A stretch of DNA of 64,000 bases from assembly GCF_009914755.1 (NCBI RefSeq), contig NC_060942.1; one strand, 5' to 3'. Position 1 is the stretch's first letter. The number at the start of each line of letters is the position of its first letter. This document shows, one piece after another, positions 26,775-40,856 of the stretch. The position numbers and the translations under genes were made by a program. The notes below the pieces were generated by a model that did not search any database, had not been told where the DNA came from, and was given only the letters and a program-made list of their open reading frames with translations. The DNA comes from the human T2T-CHM13v2.0 reference genome, Homo sapiens.

Positions 26775-28087
26775 TACTTAGAAAATTATTAGTATCTTTA
26801 TTTTTGAATTTTGGTAGAAGTGCTGGTTATAAATGATTCTTATCTACCGCTACATTAGGTTCTTCAGGGACCTTGAGGAAAACATGAAAGCAAACTGACT
26901 CATAAAAAAATTAGTATACTGTTTGATTGTGATCTGTATTAAGTTATTTAGTTGTTTTTATTTGGTCCCGACTGTATAAACTCATTAAACAATAGTTGAG
27001 AACACTAAGTGTTCCTCTATTGCTTTGAAAAAAATTAACTTTTTGTTTTGTTTTATTTTTAAATGTTTTATTATTTTTAAAATGATGTATTTGGAGCATA
27101 TTTGAAGCATTAATAGTACATTGTTCTGAGGCACACTGGGTTTTTCTGTCTGCCCTCACCAAGACCAAACTGCACGCGTGTAATAACTTTTGTAAATCTT
27201 AGATAAATTTTACAACCCCATCTCAACGTGCACGCTGAAGGAATGAGTTATCACCTCACTGCAATATTTTCTTTAATGAACCGTTATTCCATTCTTTTGT
27301 TGCTGTGTACTTATTTGAAAATGAATGAAAAAATCTCTTCTTCCTAAAATGCATTTAAAAAGTACAAATTTTCCCTTCCTTCTCCCAGGAACTCCAGCCA
27401 AGTCTTATTATGTTTAGAGTTCCTTTATCCCAGAGGGCAATTCACATCTTTTTGTATTTCTGAATCATAAGAAAAAAAAAAAAAAGCTGTAAATGCAAAT
27501 GTAAAAACCCCTCAAAATGACACTGATTTGTATTTGTGATTGAAATAATATTGTTGGATTGTCTTTAGGGAGATGTGGGCTGTTGTTTCTAGGGAAAGAT
27601 ACTGCTCCCAGCCTGGGAGAGAGTTGAGTTCTAAGCACATGGAAAAACAGAGGGGTAGAGGGGTCTGTGACTGGCCATAATGCTCATGCAGGATACAACA
27701 AGTATCCAGTCATAGTAGGGTCTGGGAATAGATGCCTGGACACTGAGCATTAATCATCATGCCATTGGGACCTGCAGTGAAAGAGGTGGATACCTCTGAT
27801 TTCTAGTGGACCATGGTGATTAGAACAATGAGTCTTACAATGAAGCTCAGCGTTTGTAATGTTGGACTGCCCAGAGGGAAGTCTCTCCCCGACAAGTATG
27901 CTCCTGAGAGAGGTTTCTGAGCTGGATATGATTGCATTCAAAAGATAAAGAAATGTGACATTTCTTTCATTTTATGCATAGTGGAGAAAAACATACCTAT
28001 TATTAAAACATTGTAATATGAGAATCCAAAATAAAAAAGTTATCTTTCTTAGGAAATACACTTCAGTAGTTTGCTTAAGGCTCTTAA

Positions 28088-28429
<342 letters not shown>

Positions 28430-28479
28430 TAGATTTTTTAAATGATGCATTTAGAGCACAGAGAATAACACAGTTTTGT

Positions 28480-28958
28480 AATGTAGTTGTTTTGTTTTGT
28501 TTTAATGCTGTCTTGACCCAGTTTTGATCCCTGGCTAGAAGCCAATCAGTTTCCCCTTTTGCTCAGCCCATTAATTCCAAACCTCAACCACCTCTCATGT
28601 CAGGCTCTGACTCTAAACACAGCCCTGATCATCCCAGTGCCAGGTACCAGATAACCAGAGACAGTGTCTATGCCCCAGAAGCTGTTGAATTATTGGAATT
28701 AGCCAATCCTAAACTTGCTTACCCTGCTTTGCCTGTTCCTTCTCGTGGACACCACAATAAAGGTGCTTGTCCATGGTTTCCCTTATTATTATTCTGTCCT
28801 ATGAGAAACCCAAGGGCTTACTCATATGACCATGTGTCATACAGATGCACTTTCTGCAGGGAACTATAAGTATTAAAAACAACTGTAAAACTCTATCTGA
28901 TCTCTCTTAATCTGAGTCTGACCTCCCCATATCTCACCCAAGGTGATATGGCTGAAAC
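28480..28958 (+). mobile_element. MER74-like ERVL solo LTR
   Basis: 'tagccaatcctaaacttgcttaccctgc...accacaataaagg...cttgtccatggtttcc'; ends 'ggctgaaaca'. Confidence 0.7.
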
Positions 28959-29367
28959 ATGTTTCTCATTTACCACCAGAGCCCATTTCTGTGTGCATCT
29001 GAGACTGGGAATTTGGGTCTGGAATTTGGGTCTGCAGCTTTTATGCTGGGTCTCAGTGCATCTTCTAAATACTTACCTGTTCTTTCTGTAAAACATTTTG
29101 CCGTTTTGAAGCTTTTGCTATTTGAGCCGAGCATCTCCCAGTCTACCTTATTTAGTCACGATTTTGGATATAGATATGCTGTTGGTTCTCTTCTTCACTC
29201 AAGGTCCTAACATTTTGCTGGGTGACTTCAGTACCTACTTGTCTATTTTATAACCTGGCATATTGGTTCATATTTGTTATTCCACCTGCTTATGTCTATT
29301 ATTCTTCATTTCTATTCATCTTCAGCCTCTTGTTCCCAAAATTACACTTCGGTATGCTTCACTTCCA

Positions 29368-29555
29368 GAAGCAGTTCTGAAGGCCAGAAGTCCAAATCCA
29401 GTTTCTCTAAGCTGATAGTCAAGGTGTTAACAGGGCTAGTTTCCTTCTAAAAGCTTTAGAAGAGAATCCTTTTTCTTGCATTTGCCAGCTTCTAGATGCC
29501 ACCTAAATCCTTGGCTTGTGATCCCTTCTCCATCTTCAAAGTCAGCAGTGTAGCA
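29368..29555 (-). mobile_element. MLT1 LTR fragment
   Basis: 'cagttctgaaggccagaagtccaaa...caaggtgttaacagggct...tccatcttcaaagtcagcagtgtagca'. Confidence 0.8.
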
Positions 29556-30908
29556 GGAATTTGACTATAAATAATAAATTTCAGGCTTTGAGAACTGAGG
29601 TGCAGAGTAGATCTCCATCCAGGTCTCAGGCTGGCCACTGGTTTGTGCACACGTGGGACTAATCAGAATAACAATGAAAATGCTCAACAATCTTGAACAG
29701 ACAATGGAACCAAGGTCACAAAAGGCAGATTAGAACTTGCATCCCAAGTGTAACATGGCCAAATGCATGCTAAAACAAACCAAATCAAATTAAAATGACA
29801 ACAATGTTGATTTTAGGATTTATACAAGACACCCAGGCTATCATAATTGTCAAAATGTATAATAAGAAATTAAAAATTATGTGGCATAAAAAGGAATGAG
29901 GAAAATCTCAAATCACAAGAGAAAAGATAATTGACAGATACCAATCCAGCAATGACACAGAAGTAGGGACAATTAGAAGACTTTAAAGCAGCTATTATAA
30001 CCACGCTTCAGGAAGTAAGGACAGACATTCTTCACATGAACCAACAGTCTCAGCACAGATAGAGATGATATAAAGAAGAAACAAATGGAAATTTTAGAAC
30101 TAAATAATATAATTTCCAAAAATCCTGGATGGGATCCATGACATATGGGAATGACAGAGGAAAGAGTCAATGAATTTGAAAATATAGGAATAAAAATTAT
30201 CCAATCTAAACAGAGAAAAATTCTAAAAAGTGACAGAAACTCATTGACCTGTTAGATAATATAAAAAAGTCTGGCATTCATTGAAGTTCCAGTAGGAAAG
30301 GTGAAAGATAATGAAGAATAAGCACATTTGAAGAAAAAAATGACAGACAACTTCCCAAGTTAGATGAAGAATGCAATGCAAAATGTTCATCAAACCCCAA
30401 AGAAGATAAACTCAAAGAAATCCGTGCCCAAGTTTATCATAATTAAATTTCTGAAAACTAAAGACAAAAAAGAAATCCTGAAGGCAACAAGAGGAAAATA
30501 ACGCTTTCATATACATAAGCAATGATTCAAATAACTGTGGATTTCTCATCAGAAACCATAGATACCATAGGAAAGCAGAGTAAAATTTATAAAATGTTCA
30601 TATAAAGAATTAGCCATCAGTATTCCTATCTCCAGGAAAAAAAATTATTCTTTAGAAATGAAGGTGAAATAAAAATACTTTTATATGAAAAAAGAAAGAA
30701 AATTAATTTTCAGCAAATATACTCTAGAAATACGTTAAAGGTTTTTCACATTGTAGGGAAATGATCTAGAGGGAGTCTTGGAACTTTAGAAAAGGAACAG
30801 AATAAATAATAACTATCAGAATAAATATACTCGTGTATTCTCTACTTCCTAAATTTTAAAAACTGATTATTTAAAGAAAAAATATGTAATATTACCGGAG
30901 GAAGTTTC

Positions 30909-31232
30909 TTTTTTGTTGTTGTTTTTGTTTGTTTGTCAGTTTATTTGCTTGAGTCAGAGTCTTGCTTTGTCACCCAGGCTGGAGTGCAGTGGCGCGATCA
31001 TGGCTCACTGCAGCCTTGACCTTCTGGGTTCAAGGGATCCTCTCACCTCAGCCTCCTGAGTAGCTGGAACTACAGGTGCATGCCACCAGGCCTGGCTAAT
31101 TTTTGTATTTTTTTTAGAAATGAGGTCTCACTATGTTGCCCAGGCTGGTCTCAAACTTCTGGGCCCAAGCAATTCTCCTGCTTTGCCCTCTCAAAGCTCT
31201 GAGATTACAAATGAGAGCCACCACACCAGGCC
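30909..31232 (-). mobile_element. AluJ
   Basis: 'gatcatggctcactgcagccttgacc...ggtctcactatgttgcccaggctgg'; degenerate TSD ending gaagtttc. Confidence 0.92.
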
Positions 31233-31765
31233 TATGTGAAGAAGTTTCAGTGTATATGGATGCAATGTAAATGACAATTACAACATGAAAGAGGAAGGGA
31301 AAAAGAATGTAGACAGCAGTAAGTTTACTACATTTAATTTGAAGTGGTAAATTTACTACATTTAATTTGAAGTGTTAAAATATTAATTCTAAATAGGCTC
31401 TAAAATGTTAAATATACATATTGTAATATTGAGAAACCACTAATATATACAAACCAATGTTAAAAAACTCAATAAACTCATTTAAAAAGAACACTAAAAA
31501 TATTCAAATTATTCAAAATGTCATAAAAGAAAGAAAACAATTATAAAAAGGAGAATGAACAGTAAACAAATAATAACATGGTAGACCTAAATCCAAACAA
31601 ATCAATAATATGAATGCAAATGACTTACTATTTAAATTAAAAAACAGAGATTACCAAAATAGATTTTTGTAACACTCAAGTATATGCTGCCTATGTTAAA
31701 CTGACTTCAAATAAAATGATATAATTAAGTTAAAAGTAAAAAGATAGAAATTAAATTACACCATG

Positions 31766-32620
31766 TGTTTGCAATAGGAATTAAAAAAAACTGTTTTGTT
31801 TCTATTCCTACTCTCAGTACAGAATTTAGGTCACCTCTGGTCACCTAAATGTGTGGAGATTTCACCCCACCAACAACTATCACTCCAGAAGACAATGGTG
31901 TCCTATAATTCAGTTAAATTCTGATACTATTTTCCTGGAGATGGCATAAGATCCCACAGGTTGAGAGCTCAGTCCCACAAGACTGTCCCCTACTTCAAAT
32001 GCCAATCACAAGTAGTAGGTTGTCACCTACACTTATGACTGAGTGGCTGTAAATCAGGGTTCCCATGACTCCCTCCTTAGGTTTGATTAATTTGCTAAGA
32101 CAATTCACAGTAATCAGAGAAACACATGAAATGATTGATTATAAAGGATATTACAAAAGATTCTGATGAACAGCCAGATGATAGAGATGCACAGGGCAAG
32201 GCATGTGGAAAGGAGGGTAAATCTTCCATGCCATCTCCCAGTGCAAAAACATCTAGGCACCTCCATGTGTTCAGTAATCCTGAAGTTCTCTGAACTCTGC
32301 CCTTTGGAGATTTTATGGAGGCTTCATTACATAGGTGTGACTGATTACATCATAGGCCATTAGTGACCAAATCAACCTTTAGTACCTCTCCCCTCCCCAG
32401 AGGTTGAGGGATGGGGTTGAAAGTTTTAATCTTCTAATCATATGGTTAGTTCCCCTGGCAATCAATCCCAATCCTCAGGCTATCTAGGAACTCCTTAAGA
32501 GACACCTCATTAGAATAAAAGATGCTCCTATCACCCAGGAAATTCCAAGGAATTTATGAGCTCTGCGTCAGGAACCAGGATCAAAAGCCAAACATATATT
32601 TCTTACTACACACTATCACA
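31766..32620 (-). mobile_element. MER21 (ERVL) solo LTR inside L1M ORF2
   Basis: TG...CA ends flanked by a perfect 5-bp TSD ccatg (31761-31765, 32621-32625); 'gatcccacaggttgagagctcagtcccacaagactg' is a MER21 hallmark. Confidence 0.88.
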
Positions 32621-33771
32621 CCATGCAAACTCGAATAAATAGAATTGGGTAATCAAAATAATATTAATATAAGACAGAGTAGACTTCAGGGCAAAGGAAA
32701 TTACAAGAAATAAAGAACAATGTTACATAAAGTTAAAAGGTTCAATCTACCCAGGATTCAGCAATCCAAAATATGTATGCACCAAACAATGAGTTTCAAA
32801 ATGCAAGTAGAAAAAATTGGTAGAACTGAAAGTAGGATTAGAGTAATTCTCAATTATCTTTGAGACTTTAATATCCCTTTCTCAACGATTGTCAAAACTA
32901 CTAGACAAAAATTCAGGAAAGATGTAGAAGGACTAAATAACACTATCAATAAATGAGATACAATTGACATTTACAGAACTCTCTACCCAATGCAACATAA
33001 TACATATTCTTATCAAGTGCTCATAGATGATTCATCAAAATAAAAAATATTTCTTGTTTCATAAATCAAACTTGAATAAAATTAAAATAATTGAAATCAT
33101 ACAATGTGTTCTCTGATTAAAATGAAATTAAAGTAGACATTGACAATTTAAAGAAAATTTAAAAATCTCCAAACACTTGGAAACAAAGCAAAACAATTCT
33201 AAATAACCTGTTTTTCAAAAAAGAAGTCTCAGGGGAAATTTAAAAAAATATTTTGAACTGACTGAAAATGAAAATACAACATATCAAAATTTGTGGGATT
33301 GAGGCAAACAATGTTTAGAAGAAAATTTATAACATTAAATTATTATATTAGAGTAGAAGAAATGTTTCAAATAAAAAATTTAATCTACCCAAGGAAACAG
33401 TTTTTTAAAAAGAGCAAATAAGCCTAAGCAAGTAGAAGAAAGGAAATAATAACAGGCACAAATCAATGAAATTGAAAAATAAACAAAGGTCAATTTTTAA
33501 AAGAAGATCAATAAAATCGATAAGCATTCAGCCATGTTCAACATTTCTAAGGAGAAAAAATACATAAATCATAAGAATCAAGAAAAAAAGAGGAGATATC
33601 ACTACCAACTGCACAAACATTAAAATAAGAGAAAACCGCAAATAACTCTATGCTAAATAAATGTCACAACCTAGATGAAGTACACCAATCTTATGATAGT
33701 CATATTACCAAAATTCACACAAGAAGATATAGATAATATGTATAATCTTATATTTATTAAAAATTACATTC

Positions 33772-33912
33772 AGCTAGGTGCAATGGCTCACGCCTGTAAT
33801 CCCAGCATTTTGAAAGGCTGACATGAGAAGGTCTTTTGAACCCAGGAGTTTTTTAAGACCAATCGGGTCAACAGAGTGAGATCTTGTATCTAAAAAAAAA
33901 GAAAAAAAAATC
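33772..33912 (+). mobile_element. FLAM / Alu left monomer
   Basis: 'gtgcaatggctcacgcctgtaatcccagc...gaacccaggagtt...aacagagtgagatcttgtatct' plus A tail; TSD taaaaattacat. Confidence 0.88.
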
Positions 33913-36088
33913 AATAAAAATTACATATAATTTATTATTAAAAGTTTTTGGAAAAAAAAGTCTCCAGACCTAGGTAGTGTCACGAGTGATTGCTACCAAA
34001 TATTTAAAGAGGAATTAATAATATGTCTACACAATTTCTTCCAGGAAATAGGAAGAAACACTTCCCAAATGATTTTATGACACTAAATTATCCTGGCACC
34101 AAGACCAAACACAAACCATACATCCTCCTGAAAGAACTCACCAAAAACTAAACAACAAAAAAACTATAGGCTAATTTTTTTTCATAAACATAGACACAAA
34201 ATACTAGTAAATCAACCCAGCAATATTTGAAACAATAATACACCATCACCAACTGGGATTAATCCTGAAAATGTGAGGCTAGTTCAATCTTTGAAAATCA
34301 ATCAGCGTAATCTATTATAGTTACAGAATAGAGAAGAAAAACCACATGCACATATGAATCGATGTAGAAAACTCATCTGAGAAAACAACTTGCATAAATG
34401 ATAGAAAAAACGCTTAGCAAATTAGTAATTGAAGGGAATGTCCTCAACATGATAAAGAGCATTCACAGAAAAAGTACAGCTGACATTTTAAATGATAAAA
34501 AACTGGATGCTTTCTCCTGAAGATCTGGAATCAGACAAAAACGTTTGCTCTACAACTCCTATACATCATACTGAATAATCTAGTCCGTGAAATAAGGCAA
34601 GAAAAACAACTCTATAAGATGTACAGAGAGCAAAGAAAAAATATTAACTATTCACAAATTGTACTGTTGTCTTTATAGGAAATTTTATTGGATCTACTAA
34701 AAAGCAAATTGAAAACCGAACTTAGAATTAATACCACTTACGATAGCTTTAAAGGAATAAAATGCTTAGGTATAAATCTAATATACATCCAGGTACAGGA
34801 TTTGTATCCCGACAATTATAAACACTAATTAAAGACATCAAAGGAGACCGAAATAAATGTAGATACATATCATGTTAATGGATTGGAAGACTTGATATAG
34901 TTCAGAAGTTAATTCTCTTCAAATTGATCCCTAGAGCTAATGCAATGCCACATAAAATCTCAGAAAAATATAACTTTAAAAAATACAAATTGATTCTATA
35001 ATATATATGGAAAGGAAAAAGACCTTTAACTGCCAGAACAATTTTGAAAAAAAGAACAAAGATAATGGACTCATACAACTTGATTTTAACAACCACTATG
35101 AAGCTACAAAACCAAGAGTGTGATATTGATGAAGGTAAAGTCACATAAATCAATGAAACAGAATACAGTCCAAGAATAAATCAACAGTATAGCAAACTGG
35201 TTTTGACAAAGATGAAAGTCAATTCAATGAATAAAGGATCATATTCTGAAAAATAGTTTTGGGAAAACTGGACCTTCACAAGTAAATGAATAAGCAAACA
35301 AACAGCAAGCCTGCTTCAATCTATACCCCACACCGTATTATGATTCATAAATCTAAATATAAAACATAAAACTATAAAATTTCTAGAAAAAAACAGAAGA
35401 AAGTCTTTGTGGCCTTGGGTTAGGCAGTGAGTTCTCAGATATGACAACAAACACAGTCTATACAAGAAAAAAAAAGTTATACCTTATCAAAATTTAAAAA
35501 ATAATTATTCTCTGTGAAAGACATTGTTAGAAGAATAAGACAAATTCCAGACAGGGAGAAAGCACATATCTGAAACACAACACATTTCCAGACTATGTAA
35601 AAAATTTTTCAAATATACTCCTTAACTTTGTGTACTGGAGAAAAAAAAAGTATACAATTATTAATACCACCACAATTATCAAATCTCAATATTAAGAAAA
35701 CAACTCATTAAAAATGGGCAAAATACTTGAATAGCTGTTTCCAAAGAGGATATACAGAAGATGAATGTGACATGAGGAGACGTTCAATATCGTTAGTCAT
35801 TAGAGAAATGAAAATTAAAACCACGGATAAGATACTATTACAAATCTATTAGGATGATTATAAACAAAAAACTGTGATAGTACCAGTTGCTGGCTAGGAT
35901 GTGAAACACCTAGAACTCTCATACATTCCTGATGGGATTCAAAAGGTACAACCATTCTGGAAAACTGTTTGGCAGTTCCTCATGAAGTTGAATATACACT
36001 TATCATATGCCATTGTAATTTCAATCCTAGGCATTTCCCTGGGTGAAAACTTATGTTCATACAAAAACCTGTAGATGAATATTTATGG

Positions 36089-36463
36089 CAGACCTGTACA
36101 TAATAGCTCCAAACTGGAAATAACCCGAATAGTTTTCTACAAACGAATTAATAAATTGTGGTATGTCTCTACACGTAAATACTAATAATACTAATACTAA
36201 TGAAAAGGAACAAACTACTTGTACATGCAATAGCATCAATATACCTCAAAAGAATTATGCTGAATGAAAGAAGCCAGACCTGTACATAATAGCTCCAAAC
36301 TGGAAATAACCCGAATAGTTTTCTACAAACGAATTAATAAATTGTGGTATGTCTCTACACGTAAATACTAATAATACTAATACTAATGAAAAGGAACAAA
36401 CTACTTGTACATGCAATAGCATCAATATACCTCAAAAGAATTATGCTGAATGAAAGAAGCCAG
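36089..36463. repeat. Perfect tandem duplication, 2 x 186 bp
   Basis: 36089-36274 is identical to 36275-36460 base by base; 'cag' microhomology at the ends. Confidence 0.97.
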
Positions 36464-36849
36464 TCTCCAGAGGGTCATATAAATGTATTAATCCATTTAC
36501 CTGAAGGCAAAACTCAAGTAATAGACAACATATCAGTACAAGAGAGATTTTTGAGGTTGCTAAAACTGTTATGTATTCTGATTGTGGTGGTGGCGACCTA
36601 AACTTACCTGTGTTAAAACTCAGAACAGTACAACACAAAAAAGCCAATTTTACTAATTTAGTTTAAAAAATAAAATTCTTGAAAATATCTGATTCTACAG
36701 GGGTGAAAAAAAACATTATTTTATTTGCTCCTAGGATTTTACTCATACTCCAGGTACATCTGAAGTATTTTCAATATTGTTTTGTTTATGTCCTATATGG
36801 TAAATGGTAGTGGGAGAGGAGGAAACAACTGTCTTAGAATCACAGCCCA

Positions 36850-37000
36850 GGGCTAGGTCAAGGCTTACGTGTCACGATTTTAAAGACATTGTGAACAGAA
36901 CCGCCATATTGCCCACTTCCATGGCCGCCATATTGCCCACCTCAATGGGCGCCATTCCCATGTAATGCTACTGAATGTTGCCCCTTGGAGTGGCCCATAT
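36850..37000. mobile_element. MER91-like hAT-Tip100 relic
   Basis: 'gggcgccattcccatgtaatgctactgaatgttgccccttggagt' resembles the MER91 internal palindrome. Confidence 0.5.
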
Positions 37001-37314
37001 TATGAATACCTTGCAATCTCAAAGCACTATTCCTTCATCCACGCCCCTCACAAGTTGCTTGTGATACTTCAAGTTTCACTAGTAAAAGTAACTTCACTTA
37101 TTTAACGGAAGACTCTAATCTTTATTTGAAATGCCAATTTTGAGAGAGGTCATATTCATACTAAGTTACTATAGTGGCATGCACATTAAGTCATGTCTGT
37201 CCCTTTTAGAATTTATTTTTTAAATTTTTTATTGTGGGAGAGAATAAAGCCGTTATATATACAGGAAAAGTCAAGCCGGTTGTTTTGACAATTACTGTCT
37301 TACAAAAATTAGGT

Positions 37315-37515
37315 ACTTGTGTTCGAGATTTATTATTTCTGGGTTTGCTTGTTATCTCCACCATGTAAGAGCTATGGGATTGGGAAGACATTTACCCTTA
37401 GTTTTCTTATGTGTAAAATGGCAGTAATAATAGTACCTACCTTATAGGGATATTCAGGATTAAATTAGTAGAAAAAGTGTAGTGTGTTCTATTAGCTCTC
37501 AACAAATAGAAACTA
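37315..37515 (+). mobile_element. MIR
   Basis: 'agttttcttatgtgtaaaatggcagtaataatagtacctaccttatagggatattcaggattaaat'. Confidence 0.8.
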
Positions 37516-39818
37516 TTTTAGTGAGAAGGAAGAGGCACGGGAACACTGGAGAAATTGCCCAACAACTTACTACTTTATTTTGCCTAAGGCTAGTGCATTA
37601 AATCTAAACTCATCCATTTGTAAGAGCTCTATATTCCATGATCTCAGGTAATGATGATCAGGGTTACCCCCTTGGTATCTCTAGTGGGTTTGTGGCTATT
37701 TTCAAAGCTAGGTAAGTATTATTGAATCTTAAAAAAAGTAAAATAAAAACAACAACAAAAAAAAACCCTTCTCTTCCTGTCTTTTAAACCTTCAAGTTGT
37801 AAAATTCTGTGCAGTCTAACTAACCCTGAAAGGGTTCCCCATGGTGTGGTACACACTAGAGCAATTAACTGATTACTGCTGTTTTGAAAATGTAGCCTTT
37901 GGCACAGTAATAACCACCTCCTCCCAGCAAGACACAGTCTTGTTTATCATTATTGGTTTGGACTCTTCTGAGAGTCTTTGACGCATATGACAAGGCTCAT
38001 ATCCAAGCCAATTTGAATTAATTTCTTCCATAAGATTCCATGAAACACTGGCAAATGCTTTTCAAAATCAGAATCCCTTGCACTTTCGCACTTTCTTCTA
38101 TTTCCACTTCTCTTCCCATTGACATAAACTAGAATTAAGTATTCATATTGAGCAGAAAACAACTCCTTTGTTTTACACAGTTATGGAAAATTTACCTATT
38201 GAAATGTTATTGGATAAAATCACAGAGTCATAGTTTTAAAGCTGGAAGTGATGAGGCAAATTATGGTTTTATTCATGGATTGGAAATAATGATTTTTAAA
38301 GTATATTTTCCAATAAAGATCACACATAGTTCTTTCTTCCTTTTACCCAATACACCTTGCTTAACCACCTCTATTCCTTCCTCTCCAAATACAAGTGTTC
38401 AGTGCTAGTGCCTACCTTTGTGGTCACTTCAGCATTTGTTCATGCAATTATGTATGTGCTCTTGACCACCTCCCAACCTCTGAAAAAATTAAAACCTTTC
38501 TTACCCACCCTAAGTTCAAGCAGCTTGTCTTCCTCTGGTCTTCTCACTGCAATTCACCCAAGTGGCCCATCTTTTCATATATATACCTCTCCACTCTTCA
38601 ATAAGATGATAAGGTCTCTACAGCAGGTAGCATGACAGTATAAAATGATACTTTTATTAAAAGCACATTTATTTTGTGATCGACTCCTTGCTCTGCCCCA
38701 CTAGAAGAGTGTCAACTGAGAGAAGTCTCATAATCTCTCAGAGCCTTAGCTTACCCATTTACAAAATGAGAAGACATTGTAGATTGTTAAGGTGCCTGAT
38801 AACAGTGAATGTGCATAGTCATGTTCATTTCCTTCTCCTAACTTAATATCCTCTCAGGCAGGAATTGCAGTGAGATGGCCCAAATGTAACCTTAATATTG
38901 GCCAAAAGTGTGTTTAACATTATGGTTTGAATGTTTCTAGACCAAGCACGCCTCTCCAGGTTTCCCTGTCCCTACCACTCTCCACTGTACAAATGTGGCC
39001 ACCATAAAGTATGTTACTACTTTATGGCAGTAACCTGTCTACTTTTTAGAGACACTTGCATTTGCTAGAGTCCTTAAAACAAGTGTTTCATATGTAAATA
39101 CAAAGTTCAATACATAAATGAAAAATTGGTAAAGAGGAACCATTTTCTCTGATGATACATGTTTCTGTTGGTGCGTAGGGCTGCATTCTTTAACAACCAA
39201 AGCAATAGCTATTTCCAAGAGAGTCACTGATTTCATTTGTCACTTTATTGTCAGAGTCAGAGAAGTGAATTAAAGTTGGAGCTGTCATCATCATTTTTTG
39301 AGAACATTCCTTTTCCAAGCCCAGGTTGTAGTTTGTTGTTTCACTGGATAAAAAGGCATTTCTTAACAGAAAATGTGGTCCGCACCTTCACTCATGACCT
39401 TCTCTTTTTCTGAAACACCAAAACACTTTTCCACAAATAGAGCTCTCTTAAAATCAAGGCCAGAACTAGGCAAATATAAAATCACATTCTTTTATACATG
39501 ATATCTATGCTCAGTTAGAGGAGAGACTGGATCAAAGACCAAAGAAGGCTGATGTGTGTTGACAAAGGCACCAGGAATAGAAAGTTCCTCTCAGCTTTCA
39601 GGAATTCCTGATGATGTGGATGTAGACTGAATGAGGCCACTGGTAGGTCATAAGTAGCCTCATATGAACTGGTAAGAGATGCCCCTTCTTGGTGGATGCA
39701 GCATGGCTTGGCAAGCTAAGGCCTGGATAGATTTTTGTTCACACTCATTCCCTTGGCCATGGGCCAGTGTATAGTTACCATCCTGCAGAAAGATACAGGG
39801 AGGCCTGAGTAGTGAAAC

Positions 39819-40505
39819 TGTATTTTGATGTTCATATTTTCTTTATGCCTCTCTATATTTTCCCTTTCCCTTTCTTTCCCATTGAAAGGCCTCTGTGTTC
39901 AGAGAAGAGGGCAGAAAGAACTGCTGAAATAAGGAAGATGAAATCCCACTCCAGAACATTCCAAACTAATGACTTGGGATAGGATCTTTCTGCTTGAAAG
40001 AGTCATAAAGAAAAAAAGATACAATAGATTGAGGAAGGAGGAAGAGGGCCGAGCAAGGGTGTGATTGAGTCCCAATGAGAAGATCCCTGAAAGAACAAGG
40101 AAATATCACAGAAAGAATGACTGTGACTGGAGCAAAAAGGACATTTATAGTCTTCCAAGCAGACCATGCCCTTGTTGGTAAAGTAATAGTAGAGACTACT
40201 GTACCCTAAGATGAAATCTGGAAATTAGAGAGGCCATGCAGGCTGGAACAAGGGACATTTCAATAGTGACTTCTGTGGGTTAATATCCAAGAATCTAAGC
40301 CCCCCTCAACCAAAAACTGTTCTTCAGTTATAAGACCTGCCAAAAACTGGCACAACCCTAGGGAAGTGAGGGTCATAGGAGGTGGATCCCAAAAAACTGT
40401 GGTTAAAGTTTCTCCCAGTCAACATGGTAGTATCTAAACAATAATAAAGTGTGAGTTATTTGAAAATAATGTGATATTTGGGAACATTCCTGTCTTTGTA
40501 TGACA
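39819..40505 (+). mobile_element. Possible very old LTR, family unassigned
   Basis: TG...ACA-bounded segment, purine-rich middle, aataaa near the 3' end; weak support. Confidence 0.25.
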
Positions 40506-40856
40506 ATTATTACCATCTAGGAAATCTACCATGAAGATCATTGCTATAGTCATTGGAGGGGGAACAGTGCCTGCCACAGTCTCCATTCCTATTGTAGTTG
40601 GGCCCATTCTCAAACTGGAGGCACCTCAACCCCAGACAGATAAAGGCCAAAGAAAAAGATGATGTGATATTTTCCTGCCTTTTCCCCACCTTCACAATGA
40701 CATGGCTTTGGTATTATTTCTTAAAATCAAGCAAAAACTCATTAAATATGGGCAGTGGGTCATCAGCCAGTCTGTGGGAGAGGTCTATATAAGATAGGGG
40801 ATATTTCAGATGTCCCTGACATGTCACCTTTTCTCTGTTCTCAGGCAGTTGCTACC

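Larger units (their letters stand above)
29560..36680 (+). mobile_element. Long ancient L1M (MD/ME-type) with ORF1-ORF2-3'UTR remnants and nested insertions
   Basis: A-rich colinear L1 remnants, e.g. 'gatttctcatcagaaaccatag', 'aaaatgaaaatacaacatatcaaaatttgtggga', 'catgttaatggattggaagact'; 3' end 'tgtgttaaaactcagaacagtacaac...aattttact'. Confidence 0.88.
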
